Shown here in pieces: positions 57,401 to 64,000 of a DNA stretch of 64,000 bases. Position 1 is the first letter of the stretch, and each line of letters starts with the position of its first letter. Origin of the DNA: Fidelibacterota bacterium (lineage in GTDB: Bacteria > Fidelibacterota > UBA8477 > JABMPR01); NCBI GenBank assembly GCA_018650445.1, contig JABIFX010000160.1, forward strand, positions 37,052 through 101,051. The letters run 5' to 3'. The position numbers and the translations under genes are program-made. The notes beneath the pieces are model-generated. The model was not told where the DNA came from. It ran no database searches and was given only the letters and a program-made list of their open reading frames with translations.

Positions 57401-57571
57401 ACGGGTCGAGAAATTCAGTCATGGAACCATGAATCCAAAGAAGCAGGTTATCATGAAATGATCTGGGCCGGTGTGAATCAATCTGGTAAACCGGTGAGTG
57501 CCGGACTCTATCTGCTCAGCGTGCAAGCGGGGAATCAATTCCAGACGAGAAAGCTATTGCTGCTCAAGTAA
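54494..57571 (+). CDS. large S8 serine protease with T9SS C-terminal sorting domain
   Basis: VIDTGIDWSH, NGHGTEVASG and EQGTSVAAG. The C-terminus reads LHKNFPNPFNPATTIGYEL...VDVTGREI...SAGLYLLSVQAGNQFQTRKLLLLK. ATG 54494 has a GAGGAG RBS 7 nt upstream, whereas the listed ORF starts at TTG 54476. Confidence 0.85.
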   Translation: MNNTICKTIFLLMIPAILFSENIYNPATSKLSFNLQKVVEEQSSREFQFSEASPLKARTVKGPSQEVLYPVTIRSTDIEAIKVAGIRTNSDYPGFSTARVTKDQLLLLSELDAVTSVFQGDLLYALNDLAVSHSGAGLVHDAYLGSTAYDGTDVIVLVIDTGIDWSHLDFRDPDTPTTSRILRIWDQTIDSTSTSDYSPARRDVSNFPGLTYGVEYLQTDINDEIDGSAAGFVRTEDSNGHGTEVASGAVGNGASLSSKKYKGMAPDADIVVVRAGQSASFEDAKVKDALTYAQKIASYYSKPVVVNLSLGSQSNAHDGTSTLDAAVNTFTSSGNGRVAVIAAGNAGNELIHKTGTINPSSMGSIVVNVPSFYPINGKGNDAFFMEVWLSHGGDATFTMVTPGLQGVQRTAGQDPEGASAATSGAVQMNNIIDSDHTNGDRMSEIVVFDYVTAGGDTVQVAEGNWTLQITNNSDATFTYHAWMYQSTMGATLTGGDHNSTIASPGTASSAITVGAYTARWRWNKSSGAVSSFGSPDESDDYSYFSSVGPTREGDVRKPDIMTPGQGVITTTSTDYTPYAQYEIIADKYHVEQGTSVAAGSVSGAVALLLDYNSSLSAADVKTLLRENADSDTYTGTVPNDEWGYGKLNIFESLAKEINTSTTIHHDVYIYDSWNTLGATSFADTYKEAVRFTPTTQGDVSGAFFHTHTAVGSSGSISFEIWSDYQGGPSVKQGSTVTLSVTDIGKYSWNYVSLVDAGVRVQASTDYHLVIDNTSGAPFSLLKETTSEIDLRSTGWHGGPTWGAFDEFDWLIRPVVATNEADTDYSLPVELAFFNAGAYKGQMVLKWATESETENLGFQIDRRKSGTEDWKLIADHTKNPKLEGQGNSTSRTDYIYYDKTAKPGVSYDYRLTDIPYTDTYTPSSIVLEDIKFRIEKFALHKNFPNPFNPATTIGYELAKNSAVQIKIVDVTGREIQSWNHESKEAGYHEMIWAGVNQSGKPVSAGLYLLSVQAGNQFQTRKLLLLK

Positions 57572-57594
57572 GCAGAGTTTAGTTCAAAGAATAG

Positions 57595-57638
57595 ACCTTC
57601 ACGTCCTTCGACAAGCTCAGGAAGACGTGAAGGTTTTG
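57595..57638 (+). terminator. rho-independent terminator between convergent genes
   Basis: ACCTTCACGTC...GACGTGAAGGT: an 11-bp stem followed by TTTTG. Confidence 0.75.
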
Positions 57639-57661
57639 TATACTAAATGATAAATTGATTA

Positions 57662-59044
57662 TTAAGTAAGCGGCTTGAGACGTGCCGTGAAGTGGCGTAA
57701 CACCTGGGCCTGGTATTCAATCTCATAGCCCCCAATGTTTTCCCTGTCCTCATACAACTCGATAATATTTTCTGCTACATATTGCATCTGACTGTTGGTG
57801 TAAACCCGACGCGGAATTGCCAGTCGGACCAGTTCCAGATGAGGATAGATTGTTTCACCTGACTCAGGGTCATCATGGGCAAACATGAGACTGCCAATTT
57901 CTACAGCCCGAATACCAGCATGGGTATAAAGTGAAACTGTGAGAGCAATTCCAGGGAACTGAGATTGAGGGATATGCGGTAAAAAGTTTTTCGCATCAAG
58001 ATAGACGGCGTGACCACCAGTGGGTCTCAAGATGGGTACACCCGCATCAATCAGACGATCACCTAATTCCTCCACCTGTGAAATTCTATAAGCCAGATAA
58101 TCCTCCTGAAGGACTTCTTCCAGTCCTCTGGCAATGGCCTCCAGATCACGTCCGGCCAGACCACCATAGGTTGGAAAACCCTCTATCAGGATCAGGCGAT
58201 TGGTGATTTGCTGGGCCAATTCATCATCATTGGTGGCAAAAAATCCACCCATGTTCACCAGCGCATCTTTCTTGGCACTCATGGTACAGCCATCGGCATA
58301 GGAGAACATCTCATTAGCGATTTCCAGGATGCTCTTATCCTGATAACCGGCTTCCCGGGTCTTGATGAAATAGGCATTCTCGGCAAAACGACAGGCATCG
58401 ATATAAAAGGGAATGTTGTGTTTCTTGAGTAACTCAGCAGTTCCTCTGATATTGGCCATGGAGACAGGTTGTCCACCACCAGAATTATTGGTGATGGTTA
58501 GCATGCCAATGGGAATTTTCTCAGGACCTACGTCAGCAATGAGTTTTGCCAGTTTATCCAGGTCAATATTGCCTTTGAAATCAGCTATGGCCTGGGTGTC
58601 TTTGGCAATATCAATCACCAGATCCACCGCTTTCCCGCCATTGTACTCAACGTTAGCGCGGGTGGTATCAAAATGATTGTTGTTGGGAATAACCAGACCC
58701 TTACGGTCTTTGAGAATAGTGGAAAATAAGAGATTTTCAGCCACACGACCCTGGTGAGTTGGGATGACGTGCTTGAAGCCAAAGATCTTGTTGATCATCG
58801 CTTCAAAATGGAAATAATTTTTACTTCCTGCGTAGGATTCATCACCCTTCATCATACCAGCCCATTGATTGTCACTCATGGCGCTGGTGCCGCTATCTGT
58901 CAATAAATCGATGTAAATTTTATCGGCGGGAATATTGAAGACATTATAGCCAGCATCCTGTATAACAGCCAAGCGCTCCCAATCCGTGGTTCGGGCAATA
59001 GCCTCAACAGTTTTTATTCTAAATGGTTCTGGTGGGTACTTCAT
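57662..59044 (-). CDS. beta-eliminating lyase (tyrosine phenol-lyase / tryptophanase family), PLP-dependent
   Basis: PEPFRIKTVE, IYIDLLTDSGTSAMSDNQWAGMMKGDESYAGSKNYFHFE, IPTHQGRVAENLLF and the SAKKD PLP-lysine context. 460 aa. The N-terminal block is closer to TPL than to E. coli TnaA. Confidence 0.85.
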   Translation of the reverse strand: MKYPPEPFRIKTVEAIARTTDWERLAVIQDAGYNVFNIPADKIYIDLLTDSGTSAMSDNQWAGMMKGDESYAGSKNYFHFEAMINKIFGFKHVIPTHQGRVAENLLFSTILKDRKGLVIPNNNHFDTTRANVEYNGGKAVDLVIDIAKDTQAIADFKGNIDLDKLAKLIADVGPEKIPIGMLTITNNSGGGQPVSMANIRGTAELLKKHNIPFYIDACRFAENAYFIKTREAGYQDKSILEIANEMFSYADGCTMSAKKDALVNMGGFFATNDDELAQQITNRLILIEGFPTYGGLAGRDLEAIARGLEEVLQEDYLAYRISQVEELGDRLIDAGVPILRPTGGHAVYLDAKNFLPHIPQSQFPGIALTVSLYTHAGIRAVEIGSLMFAHDDPESGETIYPHLELVRLAIPRRVYTNSQMQYVAENIIELYEDRENIGGYEIEYQAQVLRHFTARLKPLT

Positions 59045-59078
59045 AGTCTATTCCCTTTAATTGATAAACACAATTCGT

Positions 59079-59792
59079 CTATAATCTAAAATGTATTGGT
59101 AATATGATTTGAAAGGTGACAGGTCGCTCATCGTATTTGGCAGCCACCCAGTTACTTGCATTGATTGCTTTCAAGGCAGCTTCATCCAGGTCAGGATAAC
59201 TGGATTTCAACAATTGAACATCCTGGAGTGTCCCATCTGCCTCAATTATAATTGAAAACCAGCTCACTCCAGTGCGATTCATTTCCCGAGCCATTTCAGG
59301 ATACTCCAGAATCTGATAAAGTCTCTTGTAACCACCCACAGGCTCTACTCCAGAATCAAGCAGTTTATATTCTCTATCCTGGAACTCAGCAGGATATTCT
59401 GGGTAGGCTTTCTGCCATTCCCCAAAGCGTGCAGAATACTTTTCGGATAACTTTTGATCAGCCTCTATTTTTGCCAAGGCCTCTGGATAAATCCAGGCTG
59501 AACTATCACTGATTTCCAGTTGATTGTATACCTCAATCAGAAAGGGATAGGCCTCGGGGTAAAGGATGCGTTGATCGGCCTTTATAACCCTCTCAAGGTC
59601 ATTTCTGGCCTGGACCAGCTTATCTTTTTGTTTGTAACGAACCACTCTGGCAGCTCTAAAAAAATAATAACTCTCGTCTGCATTTTCTGGCTCAGGAATA
59701 TCAATGCCTTCAAGTGGGTTCTGGGGTGATATACAATGGCTGATTAATATGCTCATTGCAAAAACTACAATCAGTTGTGATCTGAATTTCAT
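59079..59792 (-). CDS. TonB C-terminal-domain protein with lipoprotein-like signal
   Basis: The C-terminal ~80 aa (YPEMAREMNRTGVSWFSIIIEADGTLQDVQLLKSS...LDEAALKAI....W.AAKYDERPV) are TonB_C-like. ATG 59792 (MKFRSQLIVVFAMSILISHC, AGGAA RBS) is preferred to 59930, which would overlap the upstream gene. Confidence 0.65.
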   Translation of the reverse strand: MKFRSQLIVVFAMSILISHCISPQNPLEGIDIPEPENADESYYFFRAARVVRYKQKDKLVQARNDLERVIKADQRILYPEAYPFLIEVYNQLEISDSSAWIYPEALAKIEADQKLSEKYSARFGEWQKAYPEYPAEFQDREYKLLDSGVEPVGGYKRLYQILEYPEMAREMNRTGVSWFSIIIEADGTLQDVQLLKSSYPDLDEAALKAINASNWVAAKYDERPVTFQIILPIHFRL

Positions 59793-59799
59793 GATGTTC

Positions 59800-60669
59800 C
59801 TATCCTTTCTTAAGCTGAGTTTTGAAAAATTCATCAACGCGTTCCCAGAAACCTGCTTCATGATGACAATCTGAATGTCCCCGTCCTGAAATAGGCCAGT
59901 ATTCACATTGCCCTGTCCGTGCTGCTGCATTCATCTTCTCTCCTTGAGAGGGCAGCACCACATCATCATTTTCACCATGGATGACCAGAAACGAAGCCTC
60001 TGCTTTGGCGATATTATTTACAGGCGCAAAGTGTTCGTATTTTACACCAATTTTCATTTCGATCTGCTTTAAGATAAGCCACCAGAGAAAGGCGGGTATA
60101 TGATGCTTCTTAAATTCATGCTGCATGACATCAACGGGGTGGGCTGGTGCTCCCACCGTTACCACTGCTTTGATAGCCGGTTCAATGGCGGCAGCATAGG
60201 TTGAGCCAGCACCTCCAATTGATAGACCGATAACACCTATTCTGTCAGGATCAATATCACGAGAGAGGGAGTATTGCGTGGCCGCTTTGACATCTCGGCC
60301 AAATTTGTACATAGAGGCATGATCATCTTTGTCACTGGACCCATGATGTCGTGCGTCAAAAGCCAGGAGATTGTAATTGAGTGGTTGAAGGTGCTGAATA
60401 TAGCGCAGCATCCGTCCCAGGTTGCGACTCCATCCATGGACCAGGATGAGTGTTGGCGCTTGTTTGGCATCTTTTTCAGCAGGTATCCACCATCCATACA
60501 GCGATTTATTGTTGTCCGTTGGGAAACGAACCTCTTCAAACCCAACACCTAGTTTTTCTGGTGTATCATCGTGTTTATTTGGTTTGAGGGCATACATTTT
60601 TAAAGTGAAAAATCGTGTGAGTAGGAGGACTGAAATAAGGACGAGTAGGAGGATAGTCGAAGTAGTCAT
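59800..60669 (-). CDS. alpha/beta hydrolase (S33/S9-like), N-terminal membrane anchor
   Basis: LVHGW, nucleophile elbow GLSIGG, and C-terminal HGENDD...GHSD. 289 aa. Confidence 0.75.
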   Translation of the reverse strand: MTTSTILLLVLISVLLLTRFFTLKMYALKPNKHDDTPEKLGVGFEEVRFPTDNNKSLYGWWIPAEKDAKQAPTLILVHGWSRNLGRMLRYIQHLQPLNYNLLAFDARHHGSSDKDDHASMYKFGRDVKAATQYSLSRDIDPDRIGVIGLSIGGAGSTYAAAIEPAIKAVVTVGAPAHPVDVMQHEFKKHHIPAFLWWLILKQIEMKIGVKYEHFAPVNNIAKAEASFLVIHGENDDVVLPSQGEKMNAAARTGQCEYWPISGRGHSDCHHEAGFWERVDEFFKTQLKKG

Positions 60670-60979
60670 AAGGCTCTCAAACTAAAGTAGTTCCCACTGA
60701 AATGCTAGTTTAGCCTTCGTTAAAAAGGCGGAAAGCACACACGAATCTGGTGTATCACCTTCCCTTGCGAACTCTGTCCTCATTCGAAAATCAATACCAA
60801 ATATGGGAAGGCTTTGAACTTAAGTATCATTCCGTTTAATCGGTTACTTGATCTAAAGGTTTGTATTAACTTAATTTACTCGAATATCCATTCTGAATTA
60901 ATCCCAGTTCTAGAGGAATCCAAAATGCTGATATGCGAATTTTATTACCAAATAAGGGGATCCTTTTAAGGAGGCTACA

Positions 60980-62722
60980 ATGATAGTAAACAGAAAATCC
61001 ACCCTAATAGCTCCCGCTATTTTCATCATGGCAATGATGTTCATGTTGACACCAAGCGATCTTATGGGATCCAGACACCATGGACATGGAGAAGATGAAT
61101 ATGATTTGTCTGTTACCGCCCTCATGGGACCTGAGGACACAGAATTAGTGGTATTCATTTCAAGCAGTGATTCCATAAACTATCCCGTTCCAGAAGAGTT
61201 GGAAAAATTTAAAGTAAAAATAGAACGGAGGAGACGTGGTCATGGACCTGGACATGGACCCGGACATGGACCCGGACACCATCATGGCCATCTTATTAAT
61301 GAGCGGCATGTGGAATTGGTGGATAACCAGATTGTACGATCTCTGACAGAGATTCCACTGCATGCCAGACTCAAGGTCGAAACCGAATTTCGTCTTGGCC
61401 GGCATAAAGTGAAATTGAAAAGACATGTAGAAGTGACGCTACGCCCAGATCTAATCATTGAGGATGTTGGCTATCCCATGACTGTTTTTATTGATCAACC
61501 CTTCAATATTCACGCGAACCTTCAGGAAATCCTTGGAGATAATAGTGCGACTGCTGATGTAACTCTTTATACCGACAGTTTGACTATGACAACACCAGAT
61601 GTATTTATTGCACCCAACATGCCAACTACTGTGGTTTTCACAGGTCTTAGTTATAGCACACCCCAGACCATCCCATTTACTATAGATATCTCTAATGCCA
61701 GTCCTGGTGAATACGATATGACCAATAATAGTTACTCATTTGATATTGAGGTAATCCCCCCACCAACACCAGTAGCAACTAATTATTCCATGGAATATCG
61801 TAATTGGAATAACCGCTATCATGTATCTGGCACTGATATCTGTGAGGTCGTGGAGGAGCGTGAACTTGCAGGTGACCAAGATGAGTTTAATCTGGATGGG
61901 TGGTCCTTTGAAGCCATGCCAGGTGGCAATCTTGATGTCTCCTTGAGAATTTACGCTGATGGAGTTTCAGCATATGTATTAGATATTGAAGGTATGACAC
62001 CCTATGAGAGCGTAGGTGGAATTGAATATTATGATTATTGTGATGAAGCGACAGGAATATTTATCACCTATGAGAGCAACCCTGGCATTGATGCCTATTT
62101 CAATATCAATAAATACTCAGGAAAAAAGATTATTGTACACCGCCTCAATGGTTCAATCACCATGAGTAGCATTACAGACTCAGGTCTTCACATGGATGCC
62201 CAGACCAGCATTCAGACCTCGGTGCTTTTTGATGATGGATTCTCCCTCATTGGTGGGTCGGCCAGCACGACTCTTCAAGGTCCCTATTTGATCGAGGATG
62301 AAAGTTCATACCCAATATACAATACTGAATGTGGTGTTGATGGAATCCGATATTCAACTATGACTGTGGAATACATTTTTGGTTATAATTCTGGGATGAT
62401 GGATCCCACATTCCTTCCCAGACGTAATCTGCCTGATGTGACAGAATTGCTTCTACCAGCATCTTTTTACCTGGAAGAAAATTATCCTAATCCCTTTAAC
62501 CCAACAACGGCCATCTCTTTTGGATTACCTGAAGAGAGCGCGGTTAGCCTGAAACTATATGATATCAGTGGACGTGAGGTTTTAAGACTCGCCGAGGGAC
62601 ACTTTTCGGCTGGGAAACATGAACTATATCTGGATGCCAGCGAGCTGAGTAGCGGGTCCTATTTCTATAGTCTTGAGGCAGGTTCTTATAAAGAGGTCAA
62701 AAGGATGCTATTGCTCAAATAG
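60980..62722 (+). CDS. secreted His-rich protein with T9SS C-terminal sorting domain
   Basis: AAGGAGG RBS and a signal peptide. GSRHHGHGED and RRRRGHGPGHGPGHGPGHHHGH. The C-terminus reads LEENYPNPFNPTTAISFGLPEESAVSLKLYDISGREV...SGSYFYSLEAGSYKEVKRMLLLK. Confidence 0.75.
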   Translation: MIVNRKSTLIAPAIFIMAMMFMLTPSDLMGSRHHGHGEDEYDLSVTALMGPEDTELVVFISSSDSINYPVPEELEKFKVKIERRRRGHGPGHGPGHGPGHHHGHLINERHVELVDNQIVRSLTEIPLHARLKVETEFRLGRHKVKLKRHVEVTLRPDLIIEDVGYPMTVFIDQPFNIHANLQEILGDNSATADVTLYTDSLTMTTPDVFIAPNMPTTVVFTGLSYSTPQTIPFTIDISNASPGEYDMTNNSYSFDIEVIPPPTPVATNYSMEYRNWNNRYHVSGTDICEVVEERELAGDQDEFNLDGWSFEAMPGGNLDVSLRIYADGVSAYVLDIEGMTPYESVGGIEYYDYCDEATGIFITYESNPGIDAYFNINKYSGKKIIVHRLNGSITMSSITDSGLHMDAQTSIQTSVLFDDGFSLIGGSASTTLQGPYLIEDESSYPIYNTECGVDGIRYSTMTVEYIFGYNSGMMDPTFLPRRNLPDVTELLLPASFYLEENYPNPFNPTTAISFGLPEESAVSLKLYDISGREVLRLAEGHFSAGKHELYLDASELSSGSYFYSLEAGSYKEVKRMLLLK

Positions 62723-62747
62723 AGTATTAGGCACTTAGCAACATTAT

Positions 62748-62779
62748 AAGCCCCGACTTTGGTTGGGGCTTTTCATTTT
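62748..62779 (+). terminator. rho-independent terminator
   Basis: AAGCCCCGAC-TTTG-GTTGGGGCTT followed by TTCATTTT. Confidence 0.7.
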
Positions 62780-62836
62780 ACCATCATGTCCTGAAAAAAG
62801 ATGTGTTTTATCTGGAAACAAAAATCATTTTAAGGC

Positions 62837-63754
62837 ATGTATTACAAGGTCATGAACTTGATTAACACCAAATCTATACTTTGTCTATTACTGCTGGTCA
62901 GTGTGGCTATTGCAGAAACACCCTCTCACCAATTATTAACCTATCCCTTCAGCAATCGCTCAGCCGCCATGGGTGGGAGCCGAGCTGTGGATGCGTCAGG
63001 GAATCTTGATGTTCAGGGTAATCCAGCCAGTGCAAGTTTCATTCAAGGTTTACAGGGACAAGTCGGTTTTGTGAACCATCTTGTGGGCATTAAGGGCTTT
63101 GCAGCAGCTGGTGTGCTGCCCCTGGAGCGACACCGCATTGCCGCTGAACTGGTCTATTTTGACTATGGACTGTTTGACAGAACTGATATTGTTGGTACCA
63201 ATCAGGGTACTTTTGGATATCATGAATTGGCTGCAACACTGGGATACGCCTTCAAGTTTTCTGAAGGAATTCGCCTGGGAGGACGTGTCGGACGGTTCAC
63301 GAGGGTCGCTGATGCAAGTACATCTGGTGAGTTTTATTATGATCTCGGGGGTGTATACCACAATCAAGAGGATTCTCTAACCGTGGGTATCTACCTGGCC
63401 TCTGTTGCCCTGGGTGAGAGTGATGAAGCATTTCCGACCCAATTGCACATAGGCAGCTCTAAGATTCTCTCGCATTTACCTCTGAGACTCAATTTGGAGG
63501 GGATCTATGGATTCAATGAACAAGTCAGGTTTGCCCTGGGGGGTGAAATATTGATTCACCCGAATTTCCGGATTCGTCTCGGCATGAACTCCAATCGATT
63601 TGATCTCCAAACCGGTGTGACAGAATCCGATTTTATCGCAGGGGCTTCGGGAGGATTTGCCATTGACTGGCAGGGAATGCTCATTGAGTCTGCTACCCAG
63701 AGTTTTGGTGCAGCTGGATGGATCAGCCAGATATCCATTGCCTATCGACTCTAA
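62837..63754 (+). CDS. PorV/PorQ-family outer-membrane beta-barrel protein (second copy)
   Basis: Signal peptide. NRSAAMGGSRAVDASGNLDVQGNPASASF signature and beta-strand periodicity. 305 aa. Confidence 0.55.
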   Translation: MYYKVMNLINTKSILCLLLLVSVAIAETPSHQLLTYPFSNRSAAMGGSRAVDASGNLDVQGNPASASFIQGLQGQVGFVNHLVGIKGFAAAGVLPLERHRIAAELVYFDYGLFDRTDIVGTNQGTFGYHELAATLGYAFKFSEGIRLGGRVGRFTRVADASTSGEFYYDLGGVYHNQEDSLTVGIYLASVALGESDEAFPTQLHIGSSKILSHLPLRLNLEGIYGFNEQVRFALGGEILIHPNFRIRLGMNSNRFDLQTGVTESDFIAGASGGFAIDWQGMLIESATQSFGAAGWISQISIAYRL

Positions 63755-64000
63755 TTAAACACTCCTACTTTTAGTTTAACTCACCATTCAAGAACCCATT
63801 CGTGCTTAATTTTGATATAGATCGAAATTTTATTGAGCTTTGTCGGTCACAAGTATCAGTTCAAAAAAGACAACATTTTTCAGAGAATCATGATTATACT
63901 ACTTATCTAATCAAAATCTGAGTGTGTGGTGGGTCACCTGCTTGGAGGAATTAGAGGGTTAGTTTAGAGAAATTTAGTTAGCTATGACTTACTTGCGAAG

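Noticed and set aside
59793-59930. The long N-terminal extension of the TonB_C-domain ORF. Similar extensions occur on the hemerythrin (15460-15558), activase (42349-42423), aroB (4841-4870) and aroE (2139-2177) ORFs.
   Set aside because: These extensions overlap the upstream gene or lack family counterparts. Internal starts with RBS-like sequences or stop/start coupling give the canonical N-termini.
1-64000. CRISPR arrays, insertion sequences, prophage or defence islands.
   Set aside because: I noticed no regularly spaced direct repeats, and no cas, transposase, integrase, restriction-modification or toxin-antitoxin-like ORFs. The only repeats seen are short coding microsatellites and the tandem PPC-lipoprotein paralogs.

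Overview
This is a 64-kb bacterial chromosomal segment with moderate GC and dense coding, mostly in long co-directional operons. TonB-dependent receptor genes, PorV/PorQ-like barrels and several proteins with T9SS-type C-terminal sorting domains point to an FCB-superphylum-like Gram-negative (Marinimicrobia/Fibrobacteres-like). That lineage call is an inference. No CRISPR array, transposase, integrase or phage gene was recognised.

Content in order:
1. A near-complete shikimate operon (aroF-aroA-aroE-aroC-aroK-aroB, truncated at the 5' window edge), followed by a MarC-family gene.
2. tRNA-Val(CAC).
3. A membrane-anchored AraC regulator and a lipoprotein with two retropepsin-like aspartic protease domains.
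4. htpG.
5. A small redox/hydrolase cluster with a TetR regulator and a hemerythrin.
6. A tightly coupled six-gene ergothioneine operon (egtB, unknown gene, OpuC/EgtUV-type ABC transporter, egtD, DUF427).
7. Tandem PPC-domain lipoprotein paralogs, one of them frameshifted.
8. A long minus-strand lipid-themed block: acyl-CoA ligase, GbsR regulator, hydrolase, atypical KASIII, Na+/solute symporter, TonB-dependent receptor, T9SS cargo, PorV-like barrel, Ig-like lipoprotein and lipase.
9. A 2-hydroxyacyl-CoA-dehydratase-like trio with its activase.
10. An archaeal-type GatD/GatE amidotransferase pair in this otherwise bacterial context, which is the most striking feature.
11. A fused membrane/spermidine-synthase/TPR giant protein.
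12. Two divergent S8 proteases with T9SS tails.
13. A tyrosine phenol-lyase/tryptophanase-family lyase.
14. A His-rich T9SS cargo gene paired with a second PorV-like barrel.

All calls come from reading the supplied translations and the DNA. No database search was run.
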